NCBI GenBank assembly: GCA_032117045.1
Contig: JAUMAF010000032.1
Location: 1-58,797 of the forward strand
Direction: 5' to 3'
DNA from: Pirellulales bacterium
GTDB taxonomy: Bacteria > Planctomycetota > Planctomycetia > Pirellulales > UBA1268
DNA length: 58,797 nt
Shown here piece after piece: positions 1 through 7,313 of this stretch (the stretch's first letter is position 1; each line of letters opens with the position of its first letter). Made by a program: the position numbers and the translations under genes. Under the pieces are notes generated by a model. That model searched no databases and was not told the DNA's origin. It saw nothing but the letters and a program-made list of their open reading frames with translations.

Positions 1-2487
1 GGCGTGTCGGTCGTCGACGGCACGGGCATCCTGCGGGGTTCGTACGACGCCAACTACGGCAGCATCGGGCAGATCACGGGGCAGGGGGGCGCGAAGAGCG
101 GTTTCGGCGTCTCGGGAGCCCGCTTCCAGGCCACCGACCTCGACGAGGAAAACGCCGGTCATGGACGGATCGCGGGCATGACGGTCACCGCCAATGCCAA
201 CGGACAGGACGCCTTCTTCGACACGAAGGTGCATGCCGGCGCGATCGGCCCGATCTCGGCCACCGTGCACGGCGGCCCCGACGGCAACGGCATGGTCGAC
301 GGCGAGATCCGGACCTTCAGGGGCGGAATCGATTCGATCACCGTCGACGTGCGGTCGCTCAACGGCATCGGGATCCAGAACGCGAAGATCCAGGCCTCAG
401 GCGACATCGGGCCGCTGACCGTGAAGGCCTTCAACAACACCGCGATATTCGGTGGCGAGTTCCAGTCGCGAGGCAACTTCGGGGCGATCTACGCGGAGGC
501 CACCAAGGGAGGCGTTGCCATTGAGGGGGCCATCTTCACCGCCCCTGGCCGCATCGAGCTTCTGGCGCCGTCCGATCCGCCGCCCGACGTGGAGGCGTTC
601 GATCCCAAGGGCAACTTCTCCACGATCACGGCCGTGGCCGGCGGCACGAGCATCCTCTCGTCGGCCATCATGGGCGCGACCTTCACCGCCATCGGGGACA
701 TCGGGCTGGTGACGGCCACAAGCAAGGGAGCCGGCGGCATCGTGGACTCGATCTTCACGGCCGACTCCGACGGCGACTACACGCCGCAACCGGTCGGCTC
801 GCTCCGCCCCTGGCTCGCGGCGGGCACCATCGACGGGATCACGGTCGTCGCGGCCGGCCGGAACCTCGAAGACTCCAGCGGCATCGTCGACAGCGAGTTC
901 GCGGCGGCGAACATCGGCAACCTGTTCGTCGACGTGCAGACGGTCGAGGGGGGCAACGCGATCTTCGGCTCCACGTTCACCGCGAAGACGGAGGTGTACG
1001 ACGGCCGGGGCAACTTCGACAATACCGGCTCGATCGGCAGCATCCGGGTCCGGAACCGCAGCCAGTCCCTGGCCGGCGTCGGCACCGGCATCGAGCAGTC
1101 GAGCTTTTTGGCCGGCGCCGCCGGGGCGATCGGCGACGTGTCGGTGCGAACCAGCGGCGCCAGCGGCATCACGCTGAGCACGTTCCTGGCGGATGTCCCC
1201 GACCTCGACCAGAACCGGTTCACGTCGACGATCGGCGCCATCACGGTGAACACGGGCCGCTCACTGAACTTCACGCTCGTTCCCGCCGGCATCAACACCT
1301 CGTCGTTTATCTCGGCGGCGGGCATCGGGGCGATCACCGTCGACTCGGTCGGCGCCGGCATCACGGCGTCGTTCTTCACGGCCGACTTCGACTGGTTCGC
1401 CACCGTCGGCGACATCCGGCCGGGCCCGATCGCGTCGATCACTGTTCGCGTGCCCGGTCGCAACGCCAGCGGCATCACGGGCTCGGCGTTCCTCGGCTCG
1501 AGCATCGGCGACATCAGCGTCCGCCTCGAGCAGGACGCCGTTCGGGGCATCAACGCGGTCGCCCTGAGCACCTTCACCGCCAGGACGGGCTCGATCGGCA
1601 ACGTCACCGTGGTCAACGCCCAGTCCGCCCTGCCCACGCCGCCGAACTACGGATACGCCATCCTCACGTCCACTTGGACGGCCGCGACCGGCATCGGGTC
1701 GATCACGATCGTGGGTGCGACGCTGGGCGCGGTGTTCGTCGTGGGCGGCCAGCCGGTCGTCGTCCGATCGCCGGCGGCGCGGGCTGCCGCCGTTCCCGGC
1801 ATCGGGCCGGTGACTGTGACGGGCGCCTCGACGCTCGATCTCACGCTCGACGCCCCCGGCGGGGCACTCGGCGGGTTCAGCTACCTGGATGCTCCGGCCG
1901 GCGCGGCGGTCACGCTGATCGCGACCGCCGCCAGCATGGGATCGATCACGCTGGGATCCCCCGGCTCCGCGGTGGCCAGCCTGGCCCTCACGGCCCAGGT
2001 GCCGACCGTCGGCAACGTCATCGTCGACGGCAACCTCAACCTCCAGGGATCCGCGACGCGGACGCTCGGCGACGTGACCGTCGGTGGCAACGCGACCCTG
2101 GCGACGGCGGCCCTGACCACGCTCGGCAACCTGGGAGTGGGCGGGGCGCTGTCGCTCGTCGGCGGCCTGCCGGCCCTGACCAAGGCCGGCAGTTTCACCG
2201 TCGGCTCGCTGCCGGGACTCTCGAAGAGCGTTTCGATCGGCTCCCGGTCGGTCCGTGGATCTTCGATCGGCGCGGTCTCGATCGGATCCGTCACCCGCAC
2301 GAAGCAGCAGAAGGGAACGTATGACTTCGCCTTCTCCACGTGGCAGGGCACACCGAACGCGGTGGTCGCCGGCCGGGGCGTGAAGGCGTCGAAGAACGGC
2401 GCCGCGAGCGGCGGCGTGAAGCTGTTCCTCACGCCCGGGGGCGTCACCCTGAGCAGCTCACCGCAGGCCAAAAAGAAGCAACGCTGA
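1..2487 (+). CDS. C-terminal part of a large secreted repeat (beta-solenoid-like) protein; the 5' end lies outside the window
   Basis: Frame 1 is open from base 1 to TGA at 2485-2487. About 20 degenerate 40-50 aa repeats each carry a G-x-I-G-x-[IV]-x-[VI] strand (GAIGPISATV, GDIGPLTVKA, GSIGSIRVRN, AGIGAITVDS, SSIGDISVRL, TGIGSITIVG). Third-position GC bias is strong. No catalytic motif recognised. Confidence 0.6.
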   Translation, partial: GVSVVDGTGILRGSYDANYGSIGQITGQGGAKSGFGVSGARFQATDLDEENAGHGRIAGMTVTANANGQDAFFDTKVHAGAIGPISATVHGGPDGNGMVDGEIRTFRGGIDSITVDVRSLNGIGIQNAKIQASGDIGPLTVKAFNNTAIFGGEFQSRGNFGAIYAEATKGGVAIEGAIFTAPGRIELLAPSDPPPDVEAFDPKGNFSTITAVAGGTSILSSAIMGATFTAIGDIGLVTATSKGAGGIVDSIFTADSDGDYTPQPVGSLRPWLAAGTIDGITVVAAGRNLEDSSGIVDSEFAAANIGNLFVDVQTVEGGNAIFGSTFTAKTEVYDGRGNFDNTGSIGSIRVRNRSQSLAGVGTGIEQSSFLAGAAGAIGDVSVRTSGASGITLSTFLADVPDLDQNRFTSTIGAITVNTGRSLNFTLVPAGINTSSFISAAGIGAITVDSVGAGITASFFTADFDWFATVGDIRPGPIASITVRVPGRNASGITGSAFLGSSIGDISVRLEQDAVRGINAVALSTFTARTGSIGNVTVVNAQSALPTPPNYGYAILTSTWTAATGIGSITIVGATLGAVFVVGGQPVVVRSPAARAAAVPGIGPVTVTGASTLDLTLDAPGGALGGFSYLDAPAGAAVTLIATAASMGSITLGSPGSAVASLALTAQVPTVGNVIVDGNLNLQGSATRTLGDVTVGGNATLATAALTTLGNLGVGGALSLVGGLPALTKAGSFTVGSLPGLSKSVSIGSRSVRGSSIGAVSIGSVTRTKQQKGTYDFAFSTWQGTPNAVVAGRGVKASKNGAASGGVKLFLTPGGVTLSSSPQAKKKQR

Positions 2488-2498
2488 CGAGACCGAGC

Positions 2499-4526
2499 AT
2501 GCGGCGACGAACCGTGCGACGTGTAGCCGAAGCGGCATTCGAGCGCCTCGAGCGTCGGCAGCCGCTCGCCGGCGACCTGATGCCCATCCCGACGGCTCCG
2601 TGGACGCCGGCCGTCGCCTCACCCCCCGCCGGCATCCGAGCCGTGACCGTGTCGGCGAGCTCCGCCCCGGCGCTCCTGGCCACGGTCGTGCCCTACGCCG
2701 ACGCGCTGTTCGGTGACACCCAGGCTGTGGCGACCGATACCCGGGTCGTGACCCGCGATTTCGCGGCCGTGGGCCGCGGTTTCCGCACCGAACTGCCGAT
2801 CGCCGTGGGCAACGTGCCGCTGGGCGCGACGGTGCAGCTCGAGGTGCTCAGCGGCCTCACAACCTGGAACGGACGAGGCGCGGTTCCGACCTTCCGCCCC
2901 GTGGCCCGGGACCTCGAACTGAACCTGCAGCTGGGTGGAGTGCCGGTGGCGGGGCTCGATCTGCGGGTCGGTGAACGGACCAACCTGGCCGTGCCGCCGC
3001 AGCGGGGCGAGATCCGCCGCACCATGCCGCTCGCCGCCTCCGACGGCCAGCCACTCGAGCGGCGGCTCGCCGTCACGATCGGCAGCGGCGGCACGGGCCA
3101 TCGGTTCACGAAGCCGGGTGCGTCGCCGGGCCTGTATGCCTTCACGGGCCTCGTCTCCATCGGCGGCATCGAGACCGTCCGTTCGTCGCGGCCGGTGACG
3201 TTCGTGTTCAGGATCGGCCCAGTCTCCGATGCGGCCGTGCAGGCCGCCGCGGCTGCGTTCTCCTCGCCGACGACCGGGCCATCGGCCGTGCTCGCCGTGG
3301 CGGGCCGCTCAGCCGGCATCGACCGGCCGTTCAGCAACGCGATCCTGGTCACGGTCGACTACTCCGAGCCGGTCACCGTGTCGCGGCAGTCGCCGCAGCT
3401 GCCGATCTTCATCGGAGGCGTGCGTCGGCTGGCGACGCTGCCGGTCGATGCCCCGCGGACGAACGTCCGGCAGCTGACGTTCTCCTATCCGCTCCCCGTC
3501 GAGCTCCAGGAAGGCTCGCTGCTCGACATCGGCGCGTCGCTGATTCTTCCCGCCGGCGCCTCGATCCGAACCGCGGGCGGCACGCCGGCGATCACGAGCC
3601 TGCCCACCGCGGGCAGCCGGGGCATTCCGCTCGAGTACCAGGGTGCCATCGAGCACGTGTCCGCCGACATCACCCGCGACACGAGGTTCCGGGCTGGGAC
3701 CACGTACGTTATCACGGCGGAAGTCCATGTCACGGCGAGCACGACGCTCACGATCGATGACGGCGTCCGGGTGCTGATCCGCAATGGCTCCGTGAACGGG
3801 CGGAATCTGACGGCCGCGGCGCTGGTGTTCGATACGGGGTCGCGGCTGCGGGCTCAGACCGTTTCCTTCACAGCATCCGACGCGAGCGACAGGCCGGCCA
3901 CCCAGGCTCTCAATGGCGGAGTGTTCTTCTGCGGCTCCTTCCGCAAAGGGACCAAGGACAACATCTCGAGCCACACCGGCTTCGGGTTCCGCAGTTCGAG
4001 GTTTATCGCGAACCGGATCGAATGCTCCTATCTCGGCCGTCCAGATCCGGTTCCCGGGGACGGGGCGGACCGCGACGACATCGACGCCATCTCGCTGATC
4101 GGCGTCGGGCCGAACGAGTGGAAGGTGGCAAGCGTCTCCAGCACGAACTCGGGCGATGACGGCTTCGACGTGACCAACTCGAGCATCGCCATGGCCTCAC
4201 TGACCATCGTGAATCCGTTCGAGGACGGGATGAACGTGACGAGCAGTCTGGTCGAGGTGACCGCGAGCTGTACGATCAGCATGTCGCGGAGCACCGCCCC
4301 CGACCGGGAGCTGTTCGACCTCGAGACCGACGCCGGTACGGCGCAGATCGTGTTCCAGCGGCTGGCGGCGCTCGACCTCCGAGGCTACTGGGGCGACCGC
4401 TACGACGAAGCGCGGCTCGCCTCCTCCGACATGCCGCAGCCGAATCCGCTCGTCAAGGAATGGTACGAGTTCGTCGGCATCCTCCGCCGCGGCCCGGCGA
4501 AGGTGTATTCGATCAAGGCGGACTGA
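2499..4526 (+). CDS. Secreted hypothetical protein with an N-terminal FERLERRQPLAGDL motif and a probable C-terminal parallel beta-helix
   Basis: ATG at 2499 is in frame with ORF 2340..4526 and lies 12 nt after the upstream stop. The N-terminus MRRRTVRRVAEAAFERLERRQPLAGDL matches the F-E-x-L-E-x-R-x-x-L leader common in planctomycete extracellular proteins. The C-terminal half (ITAEVHVTASTTLTIDDGVRVLIRNGS ... SGDDGFDVTNSSI ... FEDGMNVTSSLVEV) looks like a pectate-lyase-type beta-helix. Confidence 0.6.
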   Translation: MRRRTVRRVAEAAFERLERRQPLAGDLMPIPTAPWTPAVASPPAGIRAVTVSASSAPALLATVVPYADALFGDTQAVATDTRVVTRDFAAVGRGFRTELPIAVGNVPLGATVQLEVLSGLTTWNGRGAVPTFRPVARDLELNLQLGGVPVAGLDLRVGERTNLAVPPQRGEIRRTMPLAASDGQPLERRLAVTIGSGGTGHRFTKPGASPGLYAFTGLVSIGGIETVRSSRPVTFVFRIGPVSDAAVQAAAAAFSSPTTGPSAVLAVAGRSAGIDRPFSNAILVTVDYSEPVTVSRQSPQLPIFIGGVRRLATLPVDAPRTNVRQLTFSYPLPVELQEGSLLDIGASLILPAGASIRTAGGTPAITSLPTAGSRGIPLEYQGAIEHVSADITRDTRFRAGTTYVITAEVHVTASTTLTIDDGVRVLIRNGSVNGRNLTAAALVFDTGSRLRAQTVSFTASDASDRPATQALNGGVFFCGSFRKGTKDNISSHTGFGFRSSRFIANRIECSYLGRPDPVPGDGADRDDIDAISLIGVGPNEWKVASVSSTNSGDDGFDVTNSSIAMASLTIVNPFEDGMNVTSSLVEVTASCTISMSRSTAPDRELFDLETDAGTAQIVFQRLAALDLRGYWGDRYDEARLASSDMPQPNPLVKEWYEFVGILRRGPAKVYSIKAD

Positions 4527-4528
4527 AT

Positions 4529-4650
4529 TCACGACTGCACGGCCATCCTGGCCCGTGCAGCCTGAACAGCGCGGCATCCTGCCGCGAACTCACGACTGCA
4601 CGGCCATCCTGGCCCGTGCAGCCTGAACAGCGCGGCATCCTGCCGCGAAC
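4529..4650. repeat. Perfect tandem duplication of a 61-bp unit; each unit holds two GC-rich hairpins
   Basis: Unit tcacgactgcacggccatcctggcccgtgcagcctgaacagcgcggcatcctgccgcgaac occurs at 4529-4589 and 4590-4650, 61/61 identical. Hairpin H1 is ctgcacgg..ccgtgcag (4535-4560). Hairpin H2 is cgcggca-tcc-tgccgcg (4570-4586). A partial third copy (4651-4666) coincides with the end of the IS remnant. Confidence 0.95.
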
Positions 4651-4655
4651 TCTCG

Positions 4656-5290
4656 GCTGCACGAGGGCGCCATCAAGCCCAACGCCGTGATGCGTCGGCC
4701 GCGAACCACCCGGGACGCCCAGATCGGCCTCGGCTCTGTGATGAACGCAATGAGTCGGATGTCTCCGTCTCACCCCGGGCACGCAAGCGAAGACTCCTCA
4801 AGCACCAGAGCCATGAGCTTGGCCCGGGCAAACCGCTAGGTGACACGGGCAGATGGCTAGCCATTTGAATCGCCGCCGGCCGCGGAATGTCCGTGCACCG
4901 CATGCCCCGCCGGTCCCGGCATTGCCGCGCTCAGCGACGAACCCGAGAGCGAGTGCCGTGACGGCGGACCTGAGTTTGCGATTCGGAGCGAACATCCCGT
5001 GATACCGGTGCCGGTGCTTCCGCGGTAACGGCACGGGATCGGCCAGCCCGTCCAAGAAGTCAAGCGGCAAGGATTCGACGACGCCGTGGGCTCCCCGCCC
5101 CGTGGGCTCCCGCCCACGACCTGGGCCATCGACAGCCTTCACAAGACCTTCAACATCAGGAGCGCAGCAAGCATGGTCTGCGCCGGCTCGCGACGCTTCC
5201 AAGCAATCGTAGCCGGGGATCGCGCCGGGGACGTAGCCGCGGCGTCCATATGGAGTCCTCGGGTCGCTTGCTCAAAGGCCCCTCAACTGC
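4656..5290 (-). pseudogene. IS91-family (Y2 HUH rolling-circle) transposase, decayed C-terminal remnant
   Basis: The minus-strand translation gives PLDFLDGLADPVPLPRKHRHRYHGMFAPNRKLRSAVTA, which resembles the conserved PLEFL..LA.LVP.PR.H..RYHGVLAPN block. About 70 codons later, in a different frame, it gives ACPG*DGDIRLIAFITEP, a CxxC zinc motif interrupted by TGA. So there is at least one frameshift and one in-frame stop. The N-terminal catalytic part is absent. Confidence 0.6.
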
Positions 5291-5350
5291 GTATCGTGAT
5301 CAATTCGTGAAAACCCTTCCTTGCTCCGTTTTTTTAGGGGAGATCCCACC

Positions 5351-6685
5351 ATGAAACGAGCCTCACTCGTACCGCTCGTGGTCATCCTCGTGTTAGTCGT
5401 CACGATGTCTGGTGAGTCCCATGGCGAGCCCGTCGCTCCGGCGTCGGCCAGTTCCGTAGTGCTCGTGGCTGGGAACGTCTGGGACGGTCTCGCCGATGCG
5501 GCTCTCGGTCCGATGGAGATCCTCGTTCAGGGCGGTCGGATTGCAGGCATGGGCAAGACGGTCGAGCGTCCCGTCGGGGCCCAAATCGTCGATCTCTCTG
5601 AGCACACCGTGACCCCCGGTTTCATCGACTGTCATGTCCACATCACGATGCGGCCGGAAGACGAGGGAGCGATCTGGGCACTTTCCCCCGCCGACAAGGC
5701 CGTGCTCGGCGTGCAGGCACTTCGCGTCCTGCTGGACCGCGGATTCACGACGGTTCGCGACCTCTGCGACATGGACTTCGGCGGCTATACCACGGTGTCG
5801 CTCCAGCGGGCCGTGGAGAAGGGACTCGTTGCCGGCCCCCGCATGATCGTGGCAGCGCACCTCGTGTCAACGAGCGGTGGTCACGGCGACGCGCGTCCCC
5901 TCGAGGCGGCGCAGACTCCGGTCACCCAGATCAACTTGGCGGACGGTGTTGATGAGATCCGCCGGGTCGTCCGCACCGAGGTGAGCCGGGGCTCGCAGTG
6001 GATCAAGTTCGGTGCGACCGGCGGATTCGCTAGTCCGGCCGATGATCCATCGCAGGTGCCTTACAGTCAGGCGGAGATTGACGCGATCGTCTCGACGGCC
6101 CGTGACCTTGGCGTCCCCTGCACGCCTCACGCCTACGGCGACGAGGGCATTCGCCGCTCGATCATGGCGGGCGTTCGAAGTGTCGAGCACGGCAGCATGG
6201 CATCGCTCGAGACGTTGAAACTTATGGAGACTCGCGGCGTTTATCTGGTACCCACGCAGATCGCCGTCGTGCGGTTTGCGCGGCTCATTGATGACGATGC
6301 CTTCTGGAAAGCGGTCAATGAGCCACCTCATGTTCGGGCGAAGTATCGCAAACACGCGAAGGCTATTGTCGAGAGCGCTCGCAACCTTTCCACCTGCGGC
6401 GTGAAGATAGCCCTCGGCAGCGATTTTGGCACATTCCCACTGGAGCAGAGCAATGCAGCCGAGTTCACCGAACTGGTGGCCAACGGGCTGTCGATTCCTC
6501 GCGCCCTACGAGCCGGAACGAGCGTGGCGGCCGAACTATTGATGCGAGATGACATCGGCGTACTCGCGGTTGGCAAGGCCGCCGATATCGTCGCCATGCC
6601 GGGCGATCCGTTTAAGGACATCACTGTCACCGAACGGGTCGATTTCGTGATGAAGGGCGGCGTGGTCGCAAAAAGCTGTCGGTGA
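5351..6685 (+). CDS. Secreted metal-dependent amidohydrolase (COG1228 imidazolonepropionase / Xaa-Pro dipeptidase-like family)
   Basis: ATG 5351 is preceded by AGGGGAG. Signal-like N-terminus MKRASLVPLVVILVLVV. HxH motif TPGFIDCHVHI, later metal ligands CTPHAYGD, SVEHGS, ALGSDFG. Codon usage is visibly less GC3-biased than in neighbouring genes. Confidence 0.85.
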   Translation: MKRASLVPLVVILVLVVTMSGESHGEPVAPASASSVVLVAGNVWDGLADAALGPMEILVQGGRIAGMGKTVERPVGAQIVDLSEHTVTPGFIDCHVHITMRPEDEGAIWALSPADKAVLGVQALRVLLDRGFTTVRDLCDMDFGGYTTVSLQRAVEKGLVAGPRMIVAAHLVSTSGGHGDARPLEAAQTPVTQINLADGVDEIRRVVRTEVSRGSQWIKFGATGGFASPADDPSQVPYSQAEIDAIVSTARDLGVPCTPHAYGDEGIRRSIMAGVRSVEHGSMASLETLKLMETRGVYLVPTQIAVVRFARLIDDDAFWKAVNEPPHVRAKYRKHAKAIVESARNLSTCGVKIALGSDFGTFPLEQSNAAEFTELVANGLSIPRALRAGTSVAAELLMRDDIGVLAVGKAADIVAMPGDPFKDITVTERVDFVMKGGVVAKSCR

Positions 6686-6740
6686 GTACGCTTCGGTCGC
6701 CGTGTGGAGCCTGCGCCGCGGAAAGCTCCGGATAGAGCGA

Positions 6741-6961
6741 CGGTGATTCAAATGGCAAGCCCCGCTCCCATGACACCTCGTGGCCTGCGCGGGCTAGGCT
6801 CATGGCTTGGATGGGTGAGAAGTTTTTGCTTGCGTGCCCGGGGTGCGGCGGCGACATCCGACTCTTTGCGTTCATCACAGAGCCGAGGCGGATCTGGGCG
6901 TCCCGGGTGGTTCGCGTCCCACGCCTTACGGCGTTGGGCTTGGATGGGGGCCTCGTGCAGC
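6741..6961 (+). pseudogene. Second, shorter IS91-family transposase C-terminal remnant, inverted relative to 4656-4875
   Basis: The reverse complement aligns by hand to 4656-4875 at roughly 80% identity. It translates to LLACPGCGGDIRLFAFITEPRRI (CxxC intact). No upstream transposase sequence remains. It ends with the same hairpin and terminal cctcgtgcagc as the left copy. Confidence 0.6.
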
Positions 6962-7073
6962 GTGGATGGAGTCGACGTCGTGTCGCCCTGTCGGGCGGTC
7001 CGCATCGCTGACGCGATTGCGGCTTCCTTATGGTCCCTGCAAGCGCCACCGCATGAGCAAAACGACTCCCCGC

Positions 7074-7146
7074 GGCACGAACTCAGCGAGGGGCGGCCCG
7101 TGCCACCCCGAGCCACGCAAACGTCCTGCGACGGAGCATGGGCTCC
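7074..7146 (+). repeat. Degenerate / internally deleted copy of the long structured intergenic element
   Basis: ggcacgaactcagcgaggggcggcccgtgcc matches the 5' arm of the element. accccgagcc and aacgtcctgcgacggagcatgggc match its 3' arm. The central ~100 nt are missing. Confidence 0.6.
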
Positions 7147-7313
7147 TTCGAGACATACGACCGTCGGCCGCCGAGGCGCGGGCATTGCCGCAGCATGATG
7201 GCAGGCCGTGTCGAGCGTGCCATCCGGGATGCCGTCGCTCGCGCTCCGCGCTTCCCCCCGGCTGCTCAGGCGCTCTGCTAATCTGTGGCGGAACCCCGCA
7301 GGAAGGAGCCGCT

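Noticed and set aside
4529-4650. Integron attC-like recombination sites flanking the amidohydrolase as a gene cassette.
   Set aside because: I could not find the R''/R' core sites (RYYYAAC / GTTRRRY) in the proper inverted arrangement. No intI gene is present. The IS91-remnant explanation fits better.
6834-7313. N-terminal extensions given by the ORF track: recQ from 6834, tal from 9266, the isomerase from 32891, pepA from 54718, the ligase to 27585, livG to 15672, the 2499 gene from 2340.
   Set aside because: The extensions run through repeats, IS debris or the preceding gene in another frame. Internal starts with RBS-like sequences, or stop/start overlaps, give proteins that begin where family homology begins.
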